Positions 13,935-27,641 of a stretch of 64,000 nucleotides of DNA are shown here, one piece after another (position 1 is the first letter of the stretch; each line of letters starts with the position of its first letter). The position numbers and the translations under genes were made by a program. The stretch is taken from the NCBI RefSeq assembly GCF_009834535.1, contig NC_045696.1:59708001-59772000 (forward strand). The letters are read 5' to 3'. The notes below the pieces were generated by a model, which had not been told where the DNA came from, made no database searches, and saw only the letters and a program-made list of their open reading frames with translations. The DNA is from Camelus ferus. Lineage: Eukaryota.

Positions 13935-14330
13935 CATATCAGTTAGGATTAGAAGGTTTAGCTACACAGAAAAGCTCCCAGTGACTGGGTTAGATAAGGT
14001 AGAAGTTTACTCTCACGTGATGGACATGGGATGTAAGCAGTCTAGGACTGATGGAGAAGATCCACAGACTCATCAGGTTCCCAGCCTCCTTCTAGCTTAT
14101 TCATCCACCATTTGTAGGGTTTGGTCTCACTCATCATCCATGGAGCATTTTGGGCACAAGAGGAGAAGAGGCATCCTGCTCACATTAAGGACACTCATGC
14201 TTACGTCTCACTCTCCAAAGCTTGACAACAGGCTACTTTAGCTGCAAGGGAACGCAGGGAATGTAGTCTTTTACTGGGCAGCAGTGTAAACCCTCCCTCA
14301 AAAAATGAGTCTTTATTACTAAGAAACTAG
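13935..14330. mobile_element. MaLR LTR (MLT1J-like)
   Basis: ATCAGTTAGGATTAG...GAAGTTTACTCTCACGTG...TAGCTGCAAGGGAACGCAGGGAATGTAGTCTTT. Confidence 0.55.
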
Positions 14331-15775
14331 GGCAGAATGGACTTCGGGACGTACACAGAAGTCTTTGCCATACTCTCTCTTATTATCAGAAAAATGAGTG
14401 GCAGTCCATTGTACATCATGTTGATTCCCTCCTCCACATTTTGTGCATATCTTGTGCAGAATATTACTGTATAGCAAAAGTATCCTCGAGACTCACGGCT
14501 CCTAAGTCCTTCCATATCTCATAAAGGATGGTTGTGTTTTCCCCCCTCTTAATATTTAAAATATATTTTGAGGCAGATTAATTTTTAAAGAAGTTATGAG
14601 CTGTTTCCTCAGAATCAGTGATGGCCCAGTGAAAAGTCCAAAATTATAAGCCAGCAGAAGGCATTTAAAATATACACTCTCCCTATTTCCAAAAAGACTT
14701 GAGAGAGTTTAATTAAAACACTGAAAAGGATGTGAAATTTTAAAATTAAACACAAGAGAGTTCATATGAAGGAAACAGAGATGTAGAAGTTTCAAAAATG
14801 TGATGAAGCAGATTACAGCACTTTCTACTTCAGCAAATTTAAATCAACAGTAATTGAAAGTCCTTTCTGTAGAATACAGTTTTTAAAACCACACAGGCTC
14901 CACTGTTGGGGCACTTTGAATCCAAAGACCCAAGGCAAAAGATGCACTGTGATACAGGGAGACAGAGTGCTCTGCTGGGGAGGTGGGGGAGGAAGATTCA
15001 GGATTGCTGGTGGCGCTGGCATGGATGGTAGCTGCGTGCGGAAGGCTTCATGGATGAGGCTGCCTTGGAGCTGGGCTTGAAGGTGAGAAAGGACTTCCAG
15101 AAGATGAGAAGAGTGCCGTTTGGGAGGGGAAGGTAGAACCTATTCCAGACTAAGAAAACATCGTAAATAAAAGTCAAGGAGAAGGGAAAATGTTGGGTGC
15201 GTTTGGGAATCAGCAGTGTAGGTGTGACTTGGAGCACAGGGTCCGTCTTGGTAGCACATGAGTTGGAAAGATTGAGGGGTTGAATCTGAGAGATCTTAAA
15301 TTACACGCTCAAGGATTTAGACCTGGTTCTCTAGGCAGTAGAGGAATCAGAGGAGGAAGTTGAGCATGTTCACATTTTAGAAACTTTACTTTCTCAGAAT
15401 GTAGTGAGCAAGACTCTACTGTTGATGAGAAGTTTGTTAGCTTAAAAAGAATATAAAGGGTTTTAAGGAGGATAATATGATGAGGAATCAAAAAGGCATC
15501 AACAAGGGGTTGTGAGCAGTTTCAAAGTCGCCAGCGAGGTGATGGAAGTGAATTTGTCTTCAGACTGTGACAGCCAGAGCAAAAAGGCAAACATGTTAGG
15601 TTAAATAACATGTAGTTTTCTGACAAGTACAAGTATACTGTGGTGCGGTTTTCTTAAACTGCATGGACTGACATTTCAAGTTGTGCCTTCTCTCAACACT
15701 GCCTTCTTTTAGCACAGCAGGGTGACTGTGAGTGCCCTTGCTGTAGGAGCCAAGGAAGATGACACTGAGTAGCTG

Positions 15776-15788
15776 GAGAGAGAGAGAG

Positions 15789-15819
<31 letters not shown>

Positions 15820-15820
15820 C
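15776..15820. repeat. (GA)n(GT)n microsatellite
   Basis: Read directly. Confidence 0.9.
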
Positions 15821-17230
15821 ACAGAGAGCAAGAGAGAGACAGAGGCAGGAGTCATACTTGTTACTCTTAGTAAAGTCAGTAAGGGTTGTCGTTTGTGGTC
15901 AGAGGAATGAGATATGCGTGCATGTTGCAGAGAAGCTGGCTGACATTTGCAGTAAATTCTTAAAGCAATGCTGGCTATTCTGGGGCACGGTGACACTGAA
16001 AAATGAGGAGAGAATTTTCCATAAAAGAACTTTTAACAAGAGAAATTTAAATGGGAACGAAGAGATGTTATCTCTGGAGTGGGAGGGAGACAGACTTTTC
16101 CCTCGGTTCTTTCAGAAGGGCTCTGTAAAGACAAAATGTCAAAGATAAATCTGGAGAGGTAGGCAGAGCAAATGGTGGGGCCCCAAAATGCCGAGAGCTC
16201 AGAGAGGCTGGAGCCACTCACCAGCTGCACGTGCGCTCTGAGTCCTCAGCGTCTCCACCTCGTGATTCAGTGAAGGGCAGCTGCGAACGGGAACACAAAG
16301 TTAGAGCGCAGGGATGCTTGGATATTTTTCAGGTACCCAGTGCTCTCATTTAGAGATGAGTAAATGGACCCAGAAAGATCCAGTGGCTTGCCCTAGATCA
16401 CCATCCACCTAGGGGCAGATCAGGATGGCTGCCCAAGACCCTTGTCTCTTGGCCCAGGGCTCCCCTACCATCTCTACTATGTTGTCACATGGTGTCCTGA
16501 GAACCGGGCGTGTCACTCCCGGAGAAAGAGGCCACATGGGGGAGTGATCGGTGGCCTGCGGATGAAGAGGAGCTAGTGGAAGATGTCAGGTGGGGATTTC
16601 AGGAAATATCCTAAAATGGTTTTAGAGGGTTTTAGGAAAAAATCTACTTACCACCATGATTTGGGGATATTAAAATACAGTGCAAACTGCCCTCCTGCAT
16701 TGAGGCTGTCTGTGCCTTTTGGGGACTGATAGATCTTCTTTCTAAATTGCGTTGATCCTCTGAGGGAAACTGCCTACAGTCTAGGTTCCAAATCCTCTCC
16801 CAGTTGAGAGGTGCAAGACTGGAAGCTTTAAAACACTGAACATCGTTCCGTTAAATGATGAGCCTGACAACGGTTACATGAACCACTTTCCCACGAGCTC
16901 ACGGTCGATCTCATCGAGGCTGGGGACCACTGCACCCCTGTGGTGGGCAGCATGCTTTAGGGCTTGGTGCAAAGCAAAATTGGAGGGGATGTAAATATTC
17001 TGCGCAAGGGGTTTGATGAGGTGCTGAATTAGAAAGGGGATGTGACCACTGGTGTTTGGTAAGAAAACCTGAAAGAAAGAAGCTAGATAAGCCTTAGGTG
17101 TTCCAGGTTCTTTTTAAAGGAGGTAAGAGAGGAAGGGCAAGAGGTCAAAGATGTGTAAATTTTTGTAGATTTGACCTTAAATTATTTTAAGTATGAGATA
17201 AGAAATGAGCCATACAGAAAAGTCTCTTTT

Positions 17231-17335
17231 GTGCTCGCTTCAGCAGCACATACACTAAAATCAGAACGATACAGAGAAGATTAGCATGGCCTCTGCGCAA
17301 GAATGACATGCAAATTTGTGAAGCGTTCCATATTT
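17231..17335 (+). pseudogene. U6 snRNA processed pseudogene (retrocopy)
   Basis: Full-length GTGCTCGCTTC...ACAGAGAAGATTAGCATGGC...GAAGCGTTCCATATTT with about 8 substitutions versus recalled U6. A-rich tail 17336-17362. Perfect 11-bp TSD AAGTCTCTTTT at 17220-17230 and 17363-17373. Confidence 0.95.
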
Positions 17336-18524
17336 AAAAAAACGAAACAAAACAAAACAAAGAAGTCTCTTTTATTTTCAGCCACCCATTCAAGCCCTAC
17401 TAGGAGGACAATACAGGCCACCTGGGGAGCCATCGGCCCAGGTCTATCTATAAAGTAGTTTATGGAGCAATTCTGATTTCAAAGACTCTGTCCTATGGCC
17501 AGAGCAGGTGTCCTGGTTTCTTCTTTGTTTGGAGTTTACAGACACACTATGGTTGCACTCGCTGTGCGTGGGTGGTTGAGAATCACGCTGACACAGTTTG
17601 AGAGCAGGGATGGACCTCGATGATCTTTTATTCAGTCCACACTTGTGGTGGCATAGATGGAGTAACTGTGGCTGGGAAAGTTGAAGCTGCTTGTCTAAGC
17701 CACGTGGCTGCTAAGTGAAGAGCCAGGATCTTTCATTCTCAGTCCAGAACTCTTTCTACTGTGTCCAGATGCTGTGAAAGCCAACTTTCTGGTAGGTCAA
17801 GAGCTGCTCAGTGGGCACCATTTAACGACGTGCAGCCTTTTATGAAGCAGCGGTTTACGGCCGGCCCCTGTGGCATTGAGACGTTCGCAAGGCTCTTCTC
17901 TTATTGTTTGCCAGTCAAACCCCCACAGGAGAGCTCAGGACCCACAGGTGTCTTAGTTGGTCTTCACATTGCTGTGAACTAATTTTCACCTTTTTTGCAC
18001 AGTTAGGAGCAGTTTCTTAAAAACTGAAAAGCGGTTGGTTAATTCCTAGTCACAGCTTGTGCTGTGAGGGAGTCGGGTTCTTTCCCTGTGTCTCAGGGCC
18101 ACGAAACGCAGCAGTTTTTGGTGTCACAAGTGTTTCTGTTGTTTAATTGTCAGAATCTATGCAGGTCTTTGTGTACGTGTATGTTTAGAAAACTCTTACG
18201 ATTCTTTGAATTTTACAATCACAGTTTCTTTTCTTTTCTTTTCTTTTTAATTTCACATCCGCCATGCCAGCTCTAGTTAAATTTATTTAGTGTCAGGGTC
18301 AAGAGCTCTCTCAAGAGAGCTCAAGAAAGTGGTGAGTAGTACTAGGAACTGATGAGGAAGGTGGAATTTCACAGGAGTGGATCCCTGTGGCCACAGTAGA
18401 TCTGGACCTTGTGGAGCCCGGGTCTGTAGGATGGTCCTAGATCCAAGATGGCTGTAGGGACCCCAGTTGTGGACCCAGTTTAAGTTCTTCTCCCTAAGTC
18501 TGCTTTTTTCTGCCCCATCTCTCT

Positions 18525-18570
<46 letters not shown>
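18525..18570. repeat. (TAGA)n tetranucleotide microsatellite
   Basis: About 11 perfect units read directly. Confidence 0.95.
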
Positions 18571-19614
18571 CACATCTTTTCTTCACCTTATCACCTCTGC
18601 TTACTCTGAGGTCCTTTTCCCACATGACCATCTTACCTGTGGCCCATTGTGTCCCCTCTGACCTTTTCTCCCCCTCGTTAACACCTTTACTGTCCTCAGG
18701 TAAGTGTGTCATTCTCCTGCAGTTTCCTACTTCACATTTTTTGAAAGATGGAATCTAGTTGGCCCCACTTATCTTTTTGTCTCAGGCTGTGTCATTTGTC
18801 ACTGGTCAGCCTTTAGGGTAGCTTTCCATGGGCAGATGCCCACTCTGGTCCAGTTGCCTGGGGGAGGGCAGAGTGGAGTTATGTGATGGACGGTGCTGCT
18901 GTCTGAGGCCTGCCCCATCAGCAGCTATAAGCAGGGCAGCTTCTTGTAGAAGGGACTGTGCCATGGCAGGCAGTGGCCTTCACCTGCTGGATATAATAAA
19001 TCCGTGGTCAAATCATCAGGGAAGCAGCTGAGAATAATGGAAAGTAAATTCAGCAACAAAGAGTTTGTGGTGCAGTCTCAACTCTGGAACTTAGTAACTG
19101 CATGATGTTGAGCAAGTTACCAGAACTCTCTGAGCCTCAACCCCCTACCTGTAAAATGAGATGTGTGAGGACTAAATGAAAGCACGCGTGAGAACAGATT
19201 GTCCGCTGCGAAGCACCACACCCAGGTAAAGGATGGTGCCTCTCTAGGACCCTCCTAAGCATAAAGCCTTCTGTCTGTGGGATTTTTGTGTATCCCTTTC
19301 TAAGCTGAATGTCACCTCCTAGAACTCAGCTTGCACCTCTGGGTTCAGATGATGCCCCCCACCTTGCTATCGGAACCTTCAGAAATAGCCCAGAGGGATC
19401 AAGGTGGTGGCTTTTTACATATAGCTGACCCAAACCACGTTACTCCTGGAGTGCTTTGTTCAGAGAACATAGGGTTTGAGAGCTGCGGCTCCTAAGTCTT
19501 CTGACCCAAATCTCCTTTACTCACAGCTGAAGAGCGAAGGCTTGGAGAGGTTCATTGACTTGCTCAATGTCAGTGCTAGAACCAGAACAGAACTCACTCC
19601 ATTTCTACTGCTGT

Positions 19615-20008
19615 ATTAAAGCTTAGCTGCTTAAAACAACAAACACTGATTATCTAAGAGTTTCTGCAGCTCGGGAATCCAAGAGTGACTTAGATGGGTG
19701 GTTCTGAGTTGCTGTAAAGAGATCAGCCAGAACTGTGGGCTCTGAAGGTCTGACCAGGGCTGGAAGACGTGCTTCCAAGGGAGCTCCCTCGCATGGCTGT
19801 TGGCAGGAGGCCGCAGCTCCTCACCAGGTGGACCTCCTCTTAGGGTCCTCGTGACATGTATCTGGCTTCCCCCTCTTCCACCACATTCTACGCATTAGAA
19901 GCAAGGCACTAAGTCCAGGCAACACTCAGGTGGAGGAAAATTAAACTCCACCAACCACTGAAGGGTGGAGTATCAAAGACTTCGTGGGCACATTTTTAAA
20001 ACACCACA
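19615..20008. mobile_element. MaLR LTR (MLT1F/H-like)
   Basis: CTTAGCTGCTTAAAACAAC...GGGCTGGAAGAC.TGCTTCCAAG...CATGGCTGTTGGCAGGAGGCC...TTTTAAAACACCACA. Confidence 0.7.
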
Positions 20009-20414
20009 GGTTTCCTTTAATATGTTCTTTCCTCTGCACATGAGTTTCCCTAAGAGATCAGCTGCACCACCCCCCTGCCATCGCCCTCCCTCCTCCACCC
20101 CCAACACATACAGCTCCTTGATGAAAGGTTATTCCCATTCAGAAGCAGTTAGTGGAGGAGAAATTAGTTTACAAGGGTATCTTCTCAGGAAAGTATTAAG
20201 AAAACCTCTGCTGCAAACAGGAAAGGAAAACAAGGAAAGGAATGAACAGGAAAAAGAGCACTGAAGGGGAGAAAACAGAAACCAGGGTGCACTAGAGTCT
20301 GACTGCTGCAAGCAGAGCTCTCTCTCAGTTCAGGAAGTACTGTGTGAACAGAGGCTGTGTAAAGCATGTCTAAGGGCTGGAGTTTGAGGATACAAAGTCC
20401 CCAGAGACCTGTAT

Positions 20415-20416
<2 letters not shown>

Positions 20417-20461
<45 letters not shown>

Positions 20462-20493
20462 CATATATAGAGAGAGAGAGAGAGAGACAGATA

Positions 20494-20538
<45 letters not shown>

Positions 20539-20556
20539 CACACATACATATATACA
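20417..20556. repeat. Compound (TA)n/(GA)n/(TG)n microsatellite
   Basis: Read directly. Confidence 0.95.
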
Positions 20557-22839
20557 TAAATAGCCCCGTAGACATACGAGGAAGCACAAGGAAGTGTAGG
20601 TTAAACTCTGTCATCGAGGTACCTGTGTTGTGCATTGACAAGAGAAAGAAGCACTTCTGATTAGTGGGGTTGTGGAAATCCTTGCAGAAGAAATGCAAAC
20701 CAGTAGATACTCCCCCACCCCACACATACCAGACTTCCTAACCCTTTCCTTTCCGTGCAAGGACCCAGCATTCTAATGCGCCACTGATTTTGCCTAGTGA
20801 TCTTGTTCCCTGCCTGCCTCTCTGATGAGAATGCGAACTCTGTGGGGGCAAAGGTGTTTCTTCTGTTCAGGGCTGCTCCCCAGCACCTAAAGGAGTGCCT
20901 GGCACATAGTAAGCCCTCGGTCTTTGCTGAATGAATCAATTAGATAATGAATCAGGACCTGAGGACTCTGAGCTCAACCATGAAGGGGCGGGGGAACTTG
21001 GCAGGCGGCCCTGGAGGGCGGGGGTTCCAGGCAGATGGGACTCCGACCAGAGGCTCTCGGGTGTCAGGGCCTGTGGACTGTAGGCTGCTGCGGCAGAAGG
21101 TAAGGCTGGGGAGGCAGGTGCTGGAGGATGTTGTGAATAAATAATAAATAAAATTATAATAATAATTAGATATAATTATAATAATAAGCACAAAGGGGAT
21201 TCGCTTAGGTTTTAAGGCCAAGGTGACATCCATGCTCTTCCTCCCTGTCTGGCTGTACTTACACGTACACAACACTGGAGAGGTCCCGACAAGCCCTGTG
21301 TTGCCCGGCATTTGACTCGCTGCACGTTGCCGAGAATTCTGACTCCTCTGCAAGCATCTCATTCTTCACGTCCTCTGTCTGGTGCAGGAACAGTAGAACT
21401 CCGTACGTCTTGGAATCTTTTATGTTCTCCTTGCTTTGCCAGTGAGCCTGAGATCAACATTAGGCCTGGGAAGTTGGGTGGCTTTTATGGCACGTGTGAC
21501 ACAGTGGCTTTATGCCTAGGGAATGAGTCATGAATTTTGTACTCTAATTTTCAGCTTCCCTGATGTGGAGGATTCCTTTCTTTTCTCAAACTTCCTGTGC
21601 TCAGATTAAAAACAAAAAACAAAAAACGCACCTTGCAGCTGCTAGCGGCAGCTGTGTGGAATTGCAGGGCCCTCACACAGAGGCAGAGCTGTTCCTGGAA
21701 GCCGAGCGGGGGAGGGACCTCTGCTGCTGTCCTTTACCAGAAGAGATGCAGTCCACCGGCCTCCAGGCGGGGTCCCCAGCGTCCTCTGCCCAGGGGCCGG
21801 CGCGGGAGGCTGAGCGCCCCCTGCCGGGAGAAGACTGTGCCATCCTGGTCGTGGACGTGGCATTTCGTCTCCGTTCAGCCTTCGCTGTTAAGGCCACTGT
21901 CGGGGTCTGGACCGAGACTCTGGGCCCCGGCCCACCCTGATGGAGCTTCTCTGAGGCCCAGAGATTCCAGACCTCTCTAAGGAAACACAACTTTAGAGGG
22001 CAACTCTATGAAATCTCCTCTCAACTGAAGGTCAGCTCACAGCCCCACCCACACCTGACTTGCTGGTTGAGAAGCCAGGGACTGAGCACAGCAGAGTTTT
22101 TGTCCTAAATTGTCTCCTTGGTCTCATATTTCTCTCTTGCAAGCAGGAGAGGCAACCAGAAAGACTGGAGAGTGTACTTAATCATGGGAAAGGGTACGCA
22201 GCCCAGGAGAGCTCTCATCAGCCACTGATGTAACTCCATTTAAAAAAAAAAAGGTCCTTCAGTATTTAAGATTTAATGACATTTTCAAAAGAATAAAATA
22301 CCACCCTGTTGTCCTTTTCACTGACCGCTCAGTGTTACCTTGTCAAAGTGCCTAGTGGTTGCCAGGCAGGGCTGATTGTAAGCAGTGACTTCAGCTGAAC
22401 CCCAAAATAAAAGAGGACTGTTATAGAGGGGAGTGTGGAAGGTGAGTGCCTCTGGGGCAGTGCAAAATCAGAACATCACCTTCACAAAGGAAACCTTGCA
22501 CCCTCGTGATACTGGGATTGGTCCTAGAACCAAAAGCCCCCGGTCTGGGTCCATGTTAGACACAGCAGACAGAAGGGAGGGAGTGTCTGGAACAATCCTT
22601 TGGAGGTCTCGGAGCCTAATGAAGCCTTTCTCAGGGAGATAGGAAGCAGGTAGAGGAGAGTGGTGGAATGCAGTGCAGGCAAGTTTTAGCAGTGTGATGG
22701 AGCTATGAGAAAGTGGAGTCCCTCCTTACCTGCATATGCTGGGGAGATGTGTTTGTGGCACTAGGGCAGGCATCTGGGGATTGCATTCTATCCTGGCTCT
22801 AAATCCAGAGACAGGGGTACTTAATACATATTTGTTGAG

Positions 22840-22878
22840 TGAATGAATGAATGAATGAATGAATGAATGAATGAATGA
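22840..22878. repeat. (TGAA)n repeat expanded from an L2 tail
   Basis: Follows the L2-end motif ATATTTGTTGAG. Confidence 0.85.
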
Positions 22879-23974
22879 CTTGAGGTCAGCCTTAAAGGAG
22901 AAGAATTTCTACCTTCAAGTTTACCTTTGACTACCTAAGCAGTTTCTTCCTTCAGAAATTAAGTTCGTTTGAAGTTGACCAAGACTTTCCAGAAGTCAGA
23001 GCACTGAGAGAGGGGTACCTCTGTGTACATGGGGGAGAGGTGATGGTTTCTCGATTGGAATCTGGTGGCTTGCCTAGAGCTGGAGACCCAGGAAAGTGGG
23101 GAGGGGCGCATACAGATGTCCATGGGGGCTCCCCTGTTGTGATGCTGAGTATCTGTGTGCTCTCCCATTTGTCTCCCAAAGTTTTTAGCTCAAGAAGGGG
23201 ACTCTTTTTTTTTTTTTTTTTTACCAAATACATGTACCAAATACATCCTGAGGTTGGCACTACTAACCACTGCTATATTAAGAGCTCATTATTCTCCCTG
23301 TGTGCTAAATTTTGGGTCCTGGGAGTCCTTCCACAGGTGCAATTGCCAAGTCTTCTATAACTTGTCCAAGTACTACCCAATTTTCCATCTTTTCCTAAGG
23401 CCATATATCTGCTCTCCACCTGAGTGCTACCACTAGGAACTCTTAGCTGGGGTGGCGCCTGCCCTGGGGGCCATCTGCTTCCTTCACCAAGTCCTCCCCT
23501 CACTTGCTTTGTTAAATTGTCCAGGATGTATTTCAAGTCAAGTTCGCCCTTTCTAGCTGCTAAACTTCTAATCACAGGAAAAGGGGCCCAGGGAAGAAAG
23601 GATCATAAAATTTTTAAAGATATCTAAATTGGTTTTTGCCTCTGCTTTCTCTGAAACTATATGGTTGGCTGCTCTCAACCCATATTTGGCATAGCTGATT
23701 TATATTCAAAGGAAAATAAAATTCCCATCTCTTCCCAGTTCGTGGATGGTCTGTGATCTTGACTTTGTATCCTGCCATAGCTGTTAAATCTTTGTCTAGC
23801 CCAAATGTTCTAACTGGACTTACAGTTGAAGATTCTTCCTTAATATTTGGCCCCAGCTCCTGCAGCTATCAGGAGGAAGTGAAAATTGTCCAGTTCTGCT
23901 GAATCCTCACTGCTCAGGGCCACTGAGCCCCTCAGCAAGACCACAGGACAAGAGGGCATAGGAGGGCATGTTCC

Positions 23975-24285
23975 ATGTTCTGGAGATCCGCTGTCCAGCA
24001 CTGTGCCTGTACTGAGCAGTACTGCACTGTGCCCTTGAAAATGACTTAAAGGACAGATTTCAAGTTCGGTGTTCTTACCACACACACACAAAAGTGATGA
24101 ATAATGGGTTAGTGGGGAGGGGTTCATGCCTGGAAGTGAATGTGAGTGAGGCTCGCGGGAGCTCTTGTGTTCTTTCCTGGAGTCTGGGTGCTGATTACAT
24201 AAATGTGTTCAGTTTTAGAAAATTCACTGAGCCGATAGATGCACTTCTCTGGATGTATATTTTTTGAAGTTTTAAAATAAAATGA
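23975..24285 (+). mobile_element. L1 3'-end fragments (old)
   Basis: TTCTGGAGATC...GTGTTCTTACCACACAC and CTGGGTGCTGATTACATAAATGTGTTCAGTTT...AATAAAA resemble L1 3' UTRs. Confidence 0.55.
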
Positions 24286-25931
24286 GTGATTTCTCTAAAG
24301 AAAAGGGACCCTTCCAGGTGTACTCGGTGACTCAACCAATCACATCAAATAATACTGACAACAGTAATAATACCAGAACAACAGCCTTTAACTGGGTAGC
24401 AAGTGCTTTACATGCACTGTCATCTTTAATCAAAGTGGCAACTCTACGTTAACTTTAGTACCTCAGTATTTACTATGCGGAACTGAAGCCTGAACAGAAC
24501 TTGTATCTTCAACACGTCCAAGGTGACATAGCTACGCAGTGCTGGAACCTGGGTTCCAGCTCAGGCTGCTGAATTCAAACTCCAGCCTGCAGATCACCAC
24601 ATTGTCCTCCAGTGAACTCCTGGCCTTCCCAGTTCCCTCACCCTCTCCTAGCCCTTTGCCACCACTACCAACTGAAACACATATTCTCGGTTAGAAATAT
24701 TGACATATTTTTGTAGGAAAAAACCCAAAAAGCTAAAAATTATGAAGAAAAATGCTATGACATGGCACACACTCACAGTCATTTTGGCTGGTACCCAGCA
24801 CAGAGCTCTGGGCTGCCCCATTGCTGAAACAATGCCACAGAGTGGGAGAAAACTGATAAAACTAAGGCACTCTAAAAATGACTATTCAGTAACTAAGCCA
24901 AATAGCCAAGAAATACAGTAAGTTTCATAATATACACATATACACACACCACCTAAAGTGGGGTGTGTGTCCTTCTGACTGTTGTGTATCGAACACATCG
25001 GACAGGCAAGCTTAGTCCCAGGAAGAGGAAAGCCCATTGTGCAGACGACTGTCAAAGAAGGTGGGAGACGTGCAAAGTGGTCAAGTTGTGCTTGACCTTC
25101 AGCGGCAGGGAGGACGGGGCCTGCAGAGGAAAAGGGAGACTTCTAGCTGGAGTGTCACCCATCAACAGCGGCCCAGAGGCCAACGGGACCGGGCCCTACC
25201 TGGGCACTGTCAAGAGACTGAGCAGAGAAAAAGCTCCGGACACATAGTGGAAGTTGGGTTGACAGTGCATGGGAGGATTATGAGGGGCTGTGAGGCGATG
25301 ATGAAGCTGGTGGAGTCTGAAGAGGCAGATGTCAGAGTGGATGTGAATCTGTAAACAACAGAGCGTCATGATGAGGGAGAGCATGGAGGGGAGCAGACGT
25401 GAGACATTTGTAGAACCGCAAAGGTAGGGGATGAGGGCCTGAATTAGCAAGGAGCTGCCCAAAAGACAGATTTCTAATAACCTGACAGGGCCAGGTGACA
25501 AATTAGATCTAAGGGATGGAGAGAAGCGTCACAAGTGACTACAGCTTGTCCAAAAATGTTTTGGAATTTGGATAGGCAGGTAGTTGATCTGGTTGGAAGA
25601 AAGAGGAGGGAGTAGTGAGGGAGGGGAAGGAGGGGGACCTGTGTACTGTGTGATGGAAAGGCACGCTGGCCTAAGAACTGGGAAGCCTGCGCCCTGGCAC
25701 TAATTTTGTGATCATGTCACATAACTTCTCCTGGTCTCTGCTTTCTTATATGTAAAATTGGGGGTTTCATCCAGAAAGCATGTACTGAGCACATACTGTG
25801 TGCTGGGCGCTATGCAACTGTCCATCTTGTATTTCCTACATGGGCTAGTGTTGTGTCCCAGCCAGGGTCGGGTCCAGCTGTCTGTTCCAGCAACCTAAGT
25901 GCAGCTGCTCCCTTTAGTAAATCCTAGCTTT

Positions 25932-25950
25932 TGCTGCCCTCTAGTGGCCA
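25932..25950 (-). promoter_or_regulatory. Strong CTCF motif
   Basis: Reverse complement TGGCCACTAGAGGGCAGCA, essentially the CTCF core consensus. Motif match only. Confidence 0.65.
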
Positions 25951-27641
25951 CTTCACGTCATTAGAACTGCACCTTTGCCCTTTTATTCCTAGACAGCTGA
26001 TCCAAATTGAATGTTAGAGCTGGATCATAGATCACGCACAGGTGGTAGGAACAGGTAGGAAGTGGTGTCCAGAGGGCACATCCTGATAGTTGGTGACCAG
26101 GCAGGGAGGCAGTGGTGAGGAAGATGCAGTGTCATGAACCAGACCCAAGACATGGGGTCAGTCACAGAGCAAAACCAGCCAAAGGCAGCAGATAGAAGGA
26201 GAAAATCCCATTCAGATTCACCCACTAGTAGGTGAACCTGGGCAGGGTCACAGGTAAAGGCCCATCTTCACACTGAAGTAGGGGGGATAGGAGCAGGGAG
26301 GAGAGGAAATCCTCATGGAGATCACTGATGGCAAACTTGACAACCTTTAGGGAAGCCACTGTAAGACTCTGGGAACCCTTTCCATTGCTGCTGCTCTTCT
26401 CCTTGCTGAGCACAAGTTCTGGGTCATTCGTCACAGAGCTGGCATCTCCTGCTCCCACCACCAGAGTGGTGCCAAGCGCTGTTGGAGATGGCCTGGTGGT
26501 GATGGAGCCCAGCCGGCTGGCAGAGGAAAGAGGCAGCCCCTCTGGGATCCCCCTGGCTGGTGGGTGAGTGGGAATGAAGTTGTTATTCCCTGTCCCAGCC
26601 CAGGGAGGGGCTGAAGCCAATAATAGAAGCAGCTTGGAGCAGACACAACCATGACAGTATCCATGGGGCAGTGACGGGAGTGCAGGTCACTTCTGAGGGA
26701 CCCCATTCCTCATCCCTGGACCAGGACCTCTCTTGTCGTCACACTCAGATGCTCACTGATGTTCCCCAGTAGACAGCCAGCTTGATGAGGACAGGTCATC
26801 AGGACCATCTGCCTCGCTGCTCTGTGCCCTGCACCCAGCACAGTGGCTGGCAGCAGAGTAAACGAATAAACCTGGAGGAGATAGCTGCTTTCCTAAGACT
26901 AGGAGTCCTGCCTCTGCGATTTGCCATCGTGTGACCCTGAGCCAGTCATTTCCCCTCACTGAGCCTGTTTCCTCACCTGTAAAATCAGGGATCTATGAGG
27001 ATTAGATAATGTCTGTGAAAGAGTCTAGTACCCTGGAAAGGGTCATACAAATGTAAATTATTATCTTATTCAGCTTGATAATGAGAAATTAACAAGATAC
27101 CCCCTGGCATCTCTTTGGGCCAAGGAGACAGTCACCATGGGCGTCTGCTTTCTGAATCAAAGCATTTAGAATGTGCTGCTTCTGAACATGAATTTGTAGT
27201 TAACCCCCTAGGCTTCCAGCAGCTGGCCAGCCCCCTCTCTCAGAGGGTACACAGCACACCCCTGAACTCCACCCACGCCCTCCTCCCAATTCTGTCCTGG
27301 CCGACTTGCTGCCTGTGCTCAGATTACCCAAAAATAATCAGCCTGACTGGTGTCCCCTGGTCAGCCAGGGGCAAGTGTGGCCTCTTCTTTCCAGGGATCA
27401 TTTTGCCAAGTTTCTATGTGTGAATGGACGCCTCCACCCTATCACCGCAGTGTGAACGTGTTACCCACCCTGGTTTGGCAAATAGTTCTAAGAAATCCCT
27501 TCCTGGCTTGATGTCAGTCTGTTGTTTATCTGGGAGGCCTGGTGTATGACGAGGAGGGAGGTTCACATCCATGGCCTCACAAAGGAAAATAGCCTAAATC
27601 ACACCCTAAATCTTTTAGCCTGGGCTTGAGAATGTATGGTG

